From: an uncultured Vicinamibacterales bacterium
GTDB taxonomy: Bacteria; Acidobacteriota; Vicinamibacteria; Vicinamibacterales; JAKQTR01
NCBI GenBank assembly: GCA_964358795.1
Contig: CAYHRK010000001.1
Location: forward strand, 1,432 to 65,431
Direction: 5' to 3'
DNA length: 64,000 nucleotides
A model generated the notes under the pieces. It was not told where the DNA came from. It did not search any database and worked only from the letters and a program-made list of their open reading frames with translations. Below, piece by piece: positions 26,710 to 36,660 of the stretch. Numbering within the stretch: the first letter of the stretch is position 1; each line of letters starts with the position of its first letter. The position numbers and the translations under genes are program-made.

Positions 26710-26713
26710 ACCC

Positions 26714-26787
26714 GGACCTCCAACAGAGGTCCAGGTCGCTGACGCCTCTAGAGTTGTCGGCAGCAGCGGGCTAAGACTGTAGCCCGC
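26714..26787 (+). other. Two further short stem-loops in the murD-ftsW spacer
   Basis: GGACCTC-caaca-GAGGTCC at 26714-26732. GCGGGCT-aagactgt-AGCCCGC at 26766-26787, ending 11 nt before the ftsW ATG. Confidence 0.6.
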
Positions 26788-26798
26788 AGGTAGGGACG

Positions 26799-27902
26799 AT
26801 GGCAAGGAAACTGAAGTCGGATCGCGTGCTGTTCTTCACCACGATTGGCCTGGTCGCCACCAGCGTCGTGATGGTCTATAGCGCGTCGAACGTGGTGGCG
26901 CTGGATCAGTACGGCCGGCCCAGCTGGTTTCTGGTCAAACAATGTGTCTTCGCCTGCCTGGGTCTGGCGGCCATGGCGCTGGCCATGCACGTCAACTACC
27001 GCGTGTATAAGCTGCCGGCGGTTCTCAAGCCGCTGCTGGTTGTCACATTGCTGGCGCTGGTGGGCGTGCTCTTCCTGGGTCCGAGGATCAACAACACGCA
27101 CCGATGGTATGTCGTGGCGGGTATCAGCCTGCAACCGTCGGAACTGGCCAAGCTGGCGACGGCGATCTTCGCCGCCTTCATGCTCGAACGCCGCATGGAT
27201 CGCATCGACAGCATCCGCCAGACCCTGCTGCCCATCGGGATCCCGCTCATCATCGTCATTGCCCTGATCACGAGCCAGCCGGACTTCGGCAGCGCATTGG
27301 CCGTGCTGGCCATCGTAGGCGTGATGATGTTCGCCGCCGGCCTCTCGTACCGGTACCTGGCGGGAATCGTCCTCTGCACGATCCCGCTGGTGACAGCGCT
27401 GGTGCTCTATGAGCCGTACCGGCTACGCCGGTGGACCGCGTTCTGGAATCCCGAACTGGATCCGCGCGGGGACAGCTTCCAGGTGATGCAATCGCTCATC
27501 GCCGTGGGGACCGGCGGCGTGACAGGCCGCGGTCTGAGTGAAGGCGTGCAGAAACTGTGGTACCTGCCGTACGCACACACGGACTTCATCTATGCCGTCA
27601 TTGCGGAGGAACTGGGCCTGATCGGTGCGACCGTCGTGCTGTTGTGCTTTTGTGTGATTGCCTGGCGCGGTCTTCGCATCGCGTCGCATGCGCCAGACGC
27701 CTTCGCCTCGCTGCTCGCGTTGGGGCTGACGGTGATGGTCGCGCTGCAGGCGTTTGTGAACATCAGCGTGGTGCTGGGTCTGGTGCCGACCAAGGGCATT
27801 CCGCTGCCATTTGTCAGTGCCGGAGGGTCGTCGCTCGTCGCGAGCCTGTTCGGCATGGGCATGCTGCTCAATATTTCGCAGCACGCTTCGGCGGAAGGCT
27901 GA
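26799..27902 (+). CDS. ftsW: Peptidoglycan glycosyltransferase FtsW (SEDS family)
   Basis: 367 aa, polytopic. Motifs SLQPSELAKL, SQPDFGSAL, LPYAHTDFIYAVIAEELG, KGIPLPFVSAGGSS. Confidence 0.9.
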   Translation: MARKLKSDRVLFFTTIGLVATSVVMVYSASNVVALDQYGRPSWFLVKQCVFACLGLAAMALAMHVNYRVYKLPAVLKPLLVVTLLALVGVLFLGPRINNTHRWYVVAGISLQPSELAKLATAIFAAFMLERRMDRIDSIRQTLLPIGIPLIIVIALITSQPDFGSALAVLAIVGVMMFAAGLSYRYLAGIVLCTIPLVTALVLYEPYRLRRWTAFWNPELDPRGDSFQVMQSLIAVGTGGVTGRGLSEGVQKLWYLPYAHTDFIYAVIAEELGLIGATVVLLCFCVIAWRGLRIASHAPDAFASLLALGLTVMVALQAFVNISVVLGLVPTKGIPLPFVSAGGSSLVASLFGMGMLLNISQHASAEG

Positions 27903-27912
27903 GGCGCCATCG

Positions 27913-29343
<1,431 letters not shown>

Positions 29344-29344
29344 C

Positions 29345-30232
29345 ATGGCCGTGACGGTGCCGTCGGACAAGCACTTTCGACGCAGCCGGATTCACGCCAC
29401 GCGGCGCAGCCATCTGCGCGCGAAGCCGGTCGTCCGTGTCATCCGCGCGGTGCTGGGGCTGTGCGTGCTGGCGGCCGGCGGCTACGTGGCGGCACAAGCG
29501 GCCGTCGATATGCTCGGACTGCGCGTGCGCCACATCACCGTGCACGGGAACCAGCGGGTGTCCACAGTGGAGGTGCTCAATCTGCTGGAAGGACTGAACG
29601 GCGACAGCCTGATGACGACCGACCTCGATCGCTGGCGCGCCCGTTTGTTCGCGTCGCCCTGGGTAGCCGACGCCCGCTTCCGGCGCCGGTTGCCTGCCAC
29701 GATCGACGTGGAGATTCGTGAACGACAGCCGGCCGGCATTGCCCGCATCGGCAACGAACTGCACTTGATCGACGCTGGCGCGACACCCATCGACGAGTTC
29801 GGGCCCCGCTACGCCGACTGCGACCTGCCGATGATTGACGGTCTCGTGGTGGATCGGTCGGCCATCAAGCCCCAGATCGACCGCGCGCGCAGCCAGTTGG
29901 TGATGCGGCTGTTGACCGATCTCAGCGGGCATCCGGATCTGGCGAAGCGGGTGTCACAGATAGACGTCAGCGATGCGCACGACGTGCACGTGATCCTGGA
30001 CGGCGACACGGCCGTCCTGCGGCTCGGCGACATGAAGTTTGCCGAGCGTCTCGGTTCGTACGTGGAGCTGCAGGCGGCGCTGCGCGAGCGTGTGCCCGAC
30101 ATCGACTACGTGGATCTTCGCTTCGGCGAGCGCGTCTACGTCGGCCCGTCGCACACGGCGGCGTCGCAGGCGCCCGCCACGAACACCACGCCGCCGCCAG
30201 CCCGTGATGCGGGCGCGCGGCGGCAGCAGTAG
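29345..30232 (+). CDS. ftsQ: Cell division protein FtsQ (POTRA domain)
   Basis: 295 aa from ATG at 29345, 1 nt after the murC stop. Basic N-terminus, a TM helix (VIRAVLGLCVLAAGGYVAA), the POTRA-like ITVHGNQRVSTVEVLNLL, and a Pro-rich tail. Confidence 0.8.
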   Translation: MAVTVPSDKHFRRSRIHATRRSHLRAKPVVRVIRAVLGLCVLAAGGYVAAQAAVDMLGLRVRHITVHGNQRVSTVEVLNLLEGLNGDSLMTTDLDRWRARLFASPWVADARFRRRLPATIDVEIRERQPAGIARIGNELHLIDAGATPIDEFGPRYADCDLPMIDGLVVDRSAIKPQIDRARSQLVMRLLTDLSGHPDLAKRVSQIDVSDAHDVHVILDGDTAVLRLGDMKFAERLGSYVELQAALRERVPDIDYVDLRFGERVYVGPSHTAASQAPATNTTPPPARDAGARRQQ

Positions 30233-30250
30233 CACCAGTCCGGAGGACAT

Positions 30251-31483
30251 GTGGGACGCAAGGAACGGCATCTGGTCGGTCTCGACATCGGCACCTCGAC
30301 GGTGGCGGCCATCGTCGGTGAGTTGGTGGACGGCAATCAGATCGAGATTATCGGACTGGGCGTGGCCGAATCGCATGGGATCCGGCGCGGAGCCGTAGTC
30401 GACCTCGACGCCGCCGTCGACTCGATTCGCAAGGCCATCGACGAGGCCGAACTGACCGCTGGCGCCGAGATCGACAATGTGTTTCTGGGTCTGTCTGGCA
30501 CGCATATCAAGGGATTCAACAGCCGCGGCGTCGTGGCCGTTGCCGGCAAGAACCGGGAGATCACACGCGACGATGTGAGGCGCGCCATCGAGGCGGCGCG
30601 AGCGGTGAGCCTGCCGGTGGGCCGGGAGATTCTGCACGTGCTGCCGCAGGATTTCGTGGTGGATGACGAAGACGGCATCTGCGCTCCGGTCGGCATGACG
30701 GGATCTCGGCTTGAAGTGAACGTCCACATTGTCACGGGCCTCGCCACCACGATGCAGAACCTGGTGGCCTGCGTGAACCGCGCAGGCGTCAACGTGAAAG
30801 AGTCGGTCCTCGAGCAGTTGGCGGCCGCCGACGCGGTGCTGACCAGCGACGAGAAAGAACTCGGTGTGGCACTGGTCGACATCGGCGGTGGCACCACCGA
30901 CGTCGCGATCTACGAGCGCGGATTCCTGTGGCACACCAGCGTGACGCCCATTGGCGGCGACCATTTCACCAACGACATGGCCATCGGGCTGCGCATGCCG
31001 ATTCCCGAAGCGGAGAAGCTGAAACGCAAGTGTGGATGCGTCCTGTCCACCATGGTCGGCGACGACGAGATGATGGACGTGGCCAGTGTCGGCGGGCGCC
31101 CCTCCAGGGTGATGGCACGACGAATCCTGTCGGAAGTGCTCCAGCCGCGGGCTGAGGAGATGTTCCACCTAGTGTGGGACGAGATCAACCGGACCGGGTA
31201 CGAGAAGGCGCTCAACTCGGGGATCGTGCTTACCGGCGGCACCGTCAATCTGGAGGGCATGCCCGAGATTGCCGAACAGATCTTCGATCTGCCTGTGCGC
31301 AGGGGCATCCCGACCGGCGCCGGCAGTCTGGCCGATCACGTCAGCAACCCATCGTTTGCGGCGGCCGTGGGCCTGTTGCTGCGCGCCAGGCAGCAGAAGC
31401 TGGCGAGAGACGACGATGGGAGTGGATCCACGCTGCGCCACATCTTCAGGCGCATGAAAGTCGCGTTCAACGAACTGATGTAG
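30251..31483 (+). CDS. ftsA: Cell division protein FtsA
   Basis: 410 aa. GTG start preceded by GGAGGA. Actin-fold motifs VGLDIGTSTVAAIVGE and VDIGGGTTDVAIYE. Confidence 0.9.
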   Translation: MGRKERHLVGLDIGTSTVAAIVGELVDGNQIEIIGLGVAESHGIRRGAVVDLDAAVDSIRKAIDEAELTAGAEIDNVFLGLSGTHIKGFNSRGVVAVAGKNREITRDDVRRAIEAARAVSLPVGREILHVLPQDFVVDDEDGICAPVGMTGSRLEVNVHIVTGLATTMQNLVACVNRAGVNVKESVLEQLAAADAVLTSDEKELGVALVDIGGGTTDVAIYERGFLWHTSVTPIGGDHFTNDMAIGLRMPIPEAEKLKRKCGCVLSTMVGDDEMMDVASVGGRPSRVMARRILSEVLQPRAEEMFHLVWDEINRTGYEKALNSGIVLTGGTVNLEGMPEIAEQIFDLPVRRGIPTGAGSLADHVSNPSFAAAVGLLLRARQQKLARDDDGSGSTLRHIFRRMKVAFNELM

Positions 31484-31485
31484 CA

Positions 31486-31512
31486 CGCGGAGCCCTCGAA
31501 GGGCACACCGCG
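31486..31512 (+). other. Small stem-loop in the ftsA-ftsZ spacer
   Basis: CGCGG-a-GCCC-tcgaa-GGGC-aca-CCGCG, with no U-tract. Function unknown. Confidence 0.3.
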
Positions 31513-31547
31513 GTTGATGGCGTCGAGACGAGGAGCGGAGGCCGTTC

Positions 31548-32843
31548 ATGTCGAACCCGAACCCTGTGACACCCCTTGCCAGCGAGCGAACCGGCACGAC
31601 GCCGCTGCGGCTGACGATTGACGACTCGGAGCGTGCCGGAGCGCGCATCAAGGTGATTGGTGTCGGAGGCGGCGGCAGCAATGCCGTGAACCGTATGATG
31701 CGCGAAGGGTTTGACGGCGTGCACTTCATGGTCGCCAACACCGACGTGCAGGCGTTGCGGACCAATTCCGCGCCAGTGAAGATTCAGCTGGGTGAGAAGC
31801 TCACCAAGGGCCTTGGCGCCGGAGCGGACCCGGCCATTGGCCGGGCCGCCGCGCTCGAAGACACCGAAAAACTGATTCAGGCCCTCGACGGGGCAGACCT
31901 GGTGTTTGTCACCACCGGTCTTGGCGGCGGCACCGGTACCGGCGCGGCGCCCGTCATCGCCACGCTGGCCGCCGAAATGGGGGCGCTGACGATCGCGGTC
32001 GTCACCAAGCCATTCAAGTTCGAAGGCCGCAAGCGGGCCCTGCAGGCTGAACAGGGGCTCGCCGCCTTGCGCGAGTGTGTCGACAGTGTCATCACGATTC
32101 CAAACGATCGTCTGCTCACCAGTATCGAGCGAACCACGCCGCTGCTGGACGCCTTTGCGGCCGCCGACGATGTGCTGCGCCAGGCCATTCAAGGCATTTC
32201 GGATCTCATCCTGGTGCCGGGGTTGATCAACCTCGATTTCGCGGACGTCAGGACCATCATGACAAGCATGGGTGTGGCCGTGATGGGCACCGGCGTTGGG
32301 CAGGGCCCAGACCGCGCGGTCGAGGCCGCCAGGCGCGCCATTTCGAGCCCGCTGCTCGAGGACGCCTCCATCAACGGCGCACGTGGCGTGATCATCAACG
32401 TGACGGGTGGTCCCGATCTGTCGCTGGTCGAAGTCAGCGAGGCCGCGTCGATTGTCTACGAAGCCGCGCACGAAGAGGCCAATATCATCTTCGGCGCGGT
32501 CATCGATCCGAAGCTCGAAGGCACGGTCAAGATGACCGTGATCGCCACCGGGTTCGATCGCGCCGGCGCCAGACAAGTGGTACCGGGCAGTGCCGTCGTC
32601 ACGCCGGTGGATCTCAGCCCGTACACGTCGTGGCTGCGCGCCCGCGGCCAAGGCACCGGCGATGCCGCAGGCGCGCCAGCCCTCACGATCACCCGGCGCC
32701 ACGGTGTCGGCTTGTCCATGGCGACACCGCTGGCACTGACCATCGATCCCGAGACTGAGGATGCCGGCGGGACGGCAGAGGCAGACGGATGCTATCCGGA
32801 ACTTGAGGTGCCAGCCTTCCTGCGCCGCGTGAAACACGCATAG
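31548..32843 (+). CDS. ftsZ: Cell division protein FtsZ
   Basis: 431 aa. Motifs [13 protein letters not shown], the tubulin signature [13 protein letters not shown], and the C-terminal peptide LEVPAFLRR. Confidence 0.95.
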   Translation: MSNPNPVTPLASERTGTTPLRLTIDDSERAGARIKVIGVGGGGSNAVNRMMREGFDGVHFMVANTDVQALRTNSAPVKIQLGEKLTKGLGAGADPAIGRAAALEDTEKLIQALDGADLVFVTTGLGGGTGTGAAPVIATLAAEMGALTIAVVTKPFKFEGRKRALQAEQGLAALRECVDSVITIPNDRLLTSIERTTPLLDAFAAADDVLRQAIQGISDLILVPGLINLDFADVRTIMTSMGVAVMGTGVGQGPDRAVEAARRAISSPLLEDASINGARGVIINVTGGPDLSLVEVSEAASIVYEAAHEEANIIFGAVIDPKLEGTVKMTVIATGFDRAGARQVVPGSAVVTPVDLSPYTSWLRARGQGTGDAAGAPALTITRRHGVGLSMATPLALTIDPETEDAGGTAEADGCYPELEVPAFLRRVKHA

Positions 32844-32887
32844 GAGCCCGCCCGAGGTGTTATCGCGACGGGTGAAGCAAGTTGTTC

Positions 32888-33060
32888 GTCACCCCCGCAC
32901 CCCGTCTGTCACCCCCGCGAAAGCGGGGGTCCAGCTCTGGATTCCCGCCCTCGCTTTCGCGAGGGCAGGCTCTTCGCGGAAATGACGAAGGGAGGGCGGG
33001 AATGACGGGATGGCGGTGCCGCTTTGCCACCGTCGCGGCTGCTGGCACCATGCCAGGGCC
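32888..33060. repeat. Cluster of nested GC-rich palindromes (REP-like intergenic repeat units)
   Basis: GTCACCCCCGC occurs twice (32888 and 32908). Hairpin ACCCCCGC-GAAA-GCGGGGGT at 32911-32930. Hairpin GCCCTCGC-TTTC-GCGAGGGC at 32947-32966. Outer pair ATTCCCGCCCTC (32941-32952) with GAGGGCGGGAAT (32992-33003). Track ORFs across this region read ...RGNDEGRAGMTG..., the sort of pseudo-peptide palindromic repeats produce. Confidence 0.7.
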
Positions 33061-33203
33061 GGGATCGCCACCGGCCGGCTCGCCGCCCCGCGCGTGGTAC
33101 ACTGAAAACACCCACCGCATCTTGGAGCGCCTGCGCTGAAGCCTGACGTGCAGAACCATTGGCGGCCGCCGGTCGGGCGGGGCGGCTGGAGAGCCGGACA
33201 CAC

Positions 33204-34949
33204 ATGCGCCATTCGTCACATCGCGCCCGGGCACAGGACATCCTTACGCGCGAAGTGGGATACATCCGCAAGTCGCACGCGCAACGGCTTCGGGTGGCGC
33301 TGGCGTTTCCCAACACCTATTTTGTGGGTATGTCGAACCTGGGCTTTCAGGTGATCTACCGACTGTTCAACAGCCTCGACGATGTGGTGTGCGAGCGCGT
33401 ATTCCTGCCGCCGAAACAGGAACTCGCCGAGGCGTTGTTGTCGCCTGGCTGGCTGTCCACGATCGAGTCGCAGACGCGCGTACGCGACTTCGATGTGCTC
33501 GCCTTCTCGGTGTCCTTCGAGTGGGACTACACCAACGTGCTGTCGATGTTGCGGCTGGCGGGCCTGCCGGTGTACGCGGCCGAACGGAGTGCGCGCGATC
33601 CGCTGGTCGTCATTGGCGGAGCGGTGACGTTTGTCAACCCGGAACCACTCGCCTTGTTTGCCGACGTGGTGGCGGCAGGCGAAGGCGAAATGCTGGTACC
33701 CGCACTGGCCCGCCACCTGCGGTCGGCGGCGACCCGCGCGGACGTGCTGACGGGCCTGGCCGGCGAACGCGGCTTCTATGTGCCGTCGTTCTACGACGTG
33801 CGCTACGCCGACAACGGGACAATCGAGGCTTTCGAGGCCCGCCAGGGCACAGGGGCTCCCGTGCCCGTGCGAAAGGCCGCGCTGCCCGCATCGGCCGGGG
33901 CGGACCCACCGGCGACCAGCATCTTCACGCCCGACACCGAATTCGGGTCGCGTCTGCTGATTGAGGTGGTGCGCGGATGCGCCAACCTGTGCCGGTTCTG
34001 CTGGGCTGGCTACAACTATCTGCCCGTGCGCGCGTTTCCGGCCGCTCGCATCCTCGAGATTGCCGCGGCGGCCCGTCCCTACGCAAATCGGGTGGGATTG
34101 GTGTCGATCGCGTTGTGCGATCACCCCGAGATCGAGCCGCTGCTCTCTGGGCTCGCCGGCCTGGGCTACTCCATCAGCCCGGCCTCGCTGCGCCTCGACG
34201 ACCTGACCCCTGCGATTGTCCGCCTGTTGAAGGCGAGTGGCGAGCGGTCCCTCACCATCGCTCCCGAGACCGGATCGGATCGTCTGAGGCGCGTCATCAA
34301 TAAGACAGTGACCAACGACGAGATTCTGGACCGAGCCGACCTGATCTTCTCGAGTGGGTTCGAGAACCTGAAGCTCTACTTCATGATTGGCTTGCCGACC
34401 GAAACTGATGACGACCTGGTGGCCATCAGGGATCTGGCCATCGAGTTGAAAGAGCGGATGCTGAAGTACGCACGCCCGCGTGGACACATCGGCCGGATTG
34501 TGGCCAGCGTCAACCCCCTGGTGCCCAAGCCCGGCACGGCCTACCAGTGGCTGCCGATGGAAGAGCCGGCCGCCGTCGAGCAGAAAATTAAACGCCTTCG
34601 ATCGCTGGTGGCCGGACTCGACAACGTGTACTTCAGCATCAAGTCCGAACGGCAGTCCTTTCACCAGGCCCTGCTCTCGCTGGGCGATCGCCGCGTGGCA
34701 CCGGCCATCGTCGCGGCCGAGCGTCATGGCGGGAACTGGCGAAGCGCGTTGGCCGAGACCGGGATCGACCCTGCCTTTTACGTGTTCCGCGATCGCAGCC
34801 AGGATCGGACGCTGCCCTGGGATATCATCGACGGCGGCATGAAGGCCGCCTTCTTCCGAGCCGAGTTCGATAAGAGCCTGCGCGCCGAATGGACGCTGCC
34901 GCCCAAGCGCGCAGCCGAGCACGTCCAGTTGCTGCCGGCCATTCCCTGA
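33204..34949 (+). CDS. B12-binding-domain radical SAM protein of unknown function (resembles the TIGR03960-type family)
   Basis: ~581 aa from ATG at 33204 (track start is TTG at 33159). N-terminal VALAFPNTYFVGMSNLGFQVIYRLFN, then VIGGAVTFVNPEPL. Radical SAM cluster in VVRGCANLCRFCWAGY (CxxxCxxC). Confidence 0.8.
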   Translation: MRHSSHRARAQDILTREVGYIRKSHAQRLRVALAFPNTYFVGMSNLGFQVIYRLFNSLDDVVCERVFLPPKQELAEALLSPGWLSTIESQTRVRDFDVLAFSVSFEWDYTNVLSMLRLAGLPVYAAERSARDPLVVIGGAVTFVNPEPLALFADVVAAGEGEMLVPALARHLRSAATRADVLTGLAGERGFYVPSFYDVRYADNGTIEAFEARQGTGAPVPVRKAALPASAGADPPATSIFTPDTEFGSRLLIEVVRGCANLCRFCWAGYNYLPVRAFPAARILEIAAAARPYANRVGLVSIALCDHPEIEPLLSGLAGLGYSISPASLRLDDLTPAIVRLLKASGERSLTIAPETGSDRLRRVINKTVTNDEILDRADLIFSSGFENLKLYFMIGLPTETDDDLVAIRDLAIELKERMLKYARPRGHIGRIVASVNPLVPKPGTAYQWLPMEEPAAVEQKIKRLRSLVAGLDNVYFSIKSERQSFHQALLSLGDRRVAPAIVAAERHGGNWRSALAETGIDPAFYVFRDRSQDRTLPWDIIDGGMKAAFFRAEFDKSLRAEWTLPPKRAAEHVQLLPAIP

Positions 34950-35155
34950 TTCCTCCGGTGCCCTGTGCCCACGGCCGAACCTGACCGGTACCGCATTGCC
35001 CGCCGCGCGTGCTTGGCGGTGTCCGGACTGGCTGGCGTGGCGTTCGACCTGCGGGCACTCGAAGAACGCGATCGCGCGGCCGGCACGTATGTGAGTCAAC
35101 AGCGTTCCCCGCATGCCGTGTTGCTGTCCGTGCAACACAGCGGAAGCCTCCGCCT

Positions 35156-35458
35156 CTATTCGGCGGTCGCCAGTTGCTGCTCGTATTCGGCGTAGGCCTG
35201 CAGGATGAACTCCCGCACGCGGTCCTGGCTGGTTGAATCGACGACCGGTCGCAGCAAGGAAAAACTGCGCCGCTCGCCATTCACCGAGTACTGGCGGGCA
35301 GGGAAGGTGACGTTGCGCCCAGATCCGTTCCGCCGTTGCCAGATGCCGAAGCCAATCAGCTTGAGGCCGTCGAGCACACCTTCTGCGAAATGCAGTTCGG
35401 CGTCGGCGAGTTTCCCGGGCGGATTGCCGCGGTCGTTGGGTGCGAACTTGACGATCAT
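35156..35458 (-). CDS. Small SpoVG-like protein (putative nucleic-acid binding), function uncertain
   Basis: 100 aa from ATG at 35458, preceded by GGAG with a 6-nt spacer. MIVKFAPNDRGNPPGKLADAELHF...GLKLIGFGIWQRRNGSGRNVTFPARQYSVNGERRSFSLLRP follows the SpoVG-type pattern by eye. The 168-aa track ORF is a Pro/Ala/Arg-rich 5' extension. Confidence 0.45.
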   Translation of the reverse strand: MIVKFAPNDRGNPPGKLADAELHFAEGVLDGLKLIGFGIWQRRNGSGRNVTFPARQYSVNGERRSFSLLRPVVDSTSQDRVREFILQAYAEYEQQLATAE

Positions 35459-35746
35459 TGTGTGCTCCGCGTCTGCCAGCCGTGCGCCGGGCCGCCTGTG
35501 TTGGTGTGTGTATGCGGGCGCGGACCGGGGCGGTCGAAAGACCCCAGGCGCAAATGGCGGCGTGGCTGAAGCCGGCCCGCTACCCGCCTGGGTGACGGGC
35601 AAGTACGGTGCCGTCAGTCGTGCGCGGACTGGTGCGTCTGGAACACTCGGGCCGGACGGCACTTGGCGCGTCGAAGCCCGGACACGCGCCAGCCGCCGGA
35701 CGCTGCGGTGGCCGCTGTGGTGAACGCGGGTTGCGGGCGGTGGTCG

Positions 35747-36130
35747 TCAGTCGGCGCCAAGCAACAGCACCTGGGCCAGGGCGAGCGAATCCGAGTGGGT
35801 GATCGTGAGCAGTGACGAAGTGGCTCCGAGCTGTTCGAACCGGCGGAGTGCGCCTTCATGAAAGCGCAGGCGAGGCGGGCCGCCGCCACGGATCACTTCG
35901 ATGCCTCGCCAGTGCACGTCGTGCGCCCAGCCGGTGCCCAAGGCCTTCATGGCTGCTTCCTTGGCCGCAAACCGGCCTGCGTAGTGTGGTGCGGGATGGT
36001 GCTTGCGCGAGCAATACGCGACCTCGGCGTCGGTAAACACCCGTTGCAGGAAGCGGTCGCCGAATCTCGCGATCGACTGCTCGATGCGTGGAATGTCGGT
36101 GGCGTCCAGCCCGATGCCGATGATATGCAT
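35747..36130 (-). CDS. acpS: Holo-[acyl-carrier-protein] synthase
   Basis: 127 aa. Motifs IGIGLDATDIPRIE, FTDAEVAYC, RFAAKEAAMKALG. Confidence 0.9.
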   Translation of the reverse strand: MHIIGIGLDATDIPRIEQSIARFGDRFLQRVFTDAEVAYCSRKHHPAPHYAGRFAAKEAAMKALGTGWAHDVHWRGIEVIRGGGPPRLRFHEGALRRFEQLGATSSLLTITHSDSLALAQVLLLGAD

Positions 36131-36259
36131 AGGACTTCAGTATGCCCGAAACCAAGGCGAGCGACGTGTTCCACTCGTACCGTGTCGATGGCGCGGCGTC
36201 GGGCCGAATAGTGGCGGCGATTCGGGCGCGCGGCCAGAGGTCGGGAACCTGACCGATCC

Positions 36260-36652
36260 TTACCCCAGGTCCATGGCCTTGTTGGCCAGCGCGTCGGCTT
36301 CGACATTGTGCTCGCGCCGCACGTGTTCAAACCGGACCTTGCCCACCTGGGCAGCCAGGCGTCTGGCTTCGGCATGAAGCGGCTGCAGGCCCGGATGCTT
36401 CACGCGGTACTCGCCGCGCATCTGGCAGACCAGCAGGAGCGAATCCGATCGGATCGTGATGTCGGTCAGACCGTGGTCGCGCGCGTACTGAAGGGCAGCC
36501 AGCAAGCCTCGGTACTCGGCCACATTGTTGGTAGCCGTGCCGATGGCCGCGTGCAGTTCATCCACGAGCTGGTCGTTCGCGTCGACGATGCGGACGCCAT
36601 ATCCGGCAGGGCCGGGATTGCCCCGGGAGCCGCCATCAATGGACAACACCAT
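36260..36652 (-). CDS. rnhA: Ribonuclease H (RNase HI family)
   Basis: 130 aa from ATG at 36652 (MVLSIDGGSRGNPGPAGYG). DEDD residues lie in SIDGG, NNVAEYRGL, IRSDS and NVEADALA. Starts 9 nt after the upstream stop. Confidence 0.8.
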   Translation of the reverse strand: MVLSIDGGSRGNPGPAGYGVRIVDANDQLVDELHAAIGTATNNVAEYRGLLAALQYARDHGLTDITIRSDSLLLVCQMRGEYRVKHPGLQPLHAEARRLAAQVGKVRFEHVRREHNVEADALANKAMDLG

Positions 36653-36660
36653 GGGAGCGT

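Noticed and set aside
26468-26805. 77-aa and 95-aa ORFs across the murD-ftsW spacer
   Set aside because: They are generated by the long inverted repeat (mirror-image ORFs on both strands). There is no SD and no protein-like composition.
32860-33316. Several 85-135-aa ORFs on both strands in the ftsZ-downstream gap
   Set aside because: They are read-throughs of the palindromic REP-like units (the same sequence is open on both strands, giving RGNDE/AGMTG-type pseudo-peptides). They are not genes.
33216-35138. 640-aa minus-strand ORF
   Set aside because: It lies antisense to the radical SAM gene, which has the CxxxCxxC motif and a B12-like domain. The ORF has no motifs and is Arg/Gly/His-rich.
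34965-35195. 76-aa plus-strand ORF in the convergent gap after the radical SAM gene
   Set aside because: It has no SD and an odd composition, and it overlaps the 3' end of the SpoVG-like gene. It is probably non-coding.
35459-35746. Known structured RNAs (RNase P RNA, SRP/4.5S RNA, 6S RNA, tmRNA)
   Set aside because: A GUCCGGGCUUCG stretch superficially recalls RNase P CR-I. However, the region is too short and lacks the other conserved blocks. No SRP GGAA/AGCA motif or tmRNA tag frame was seen.
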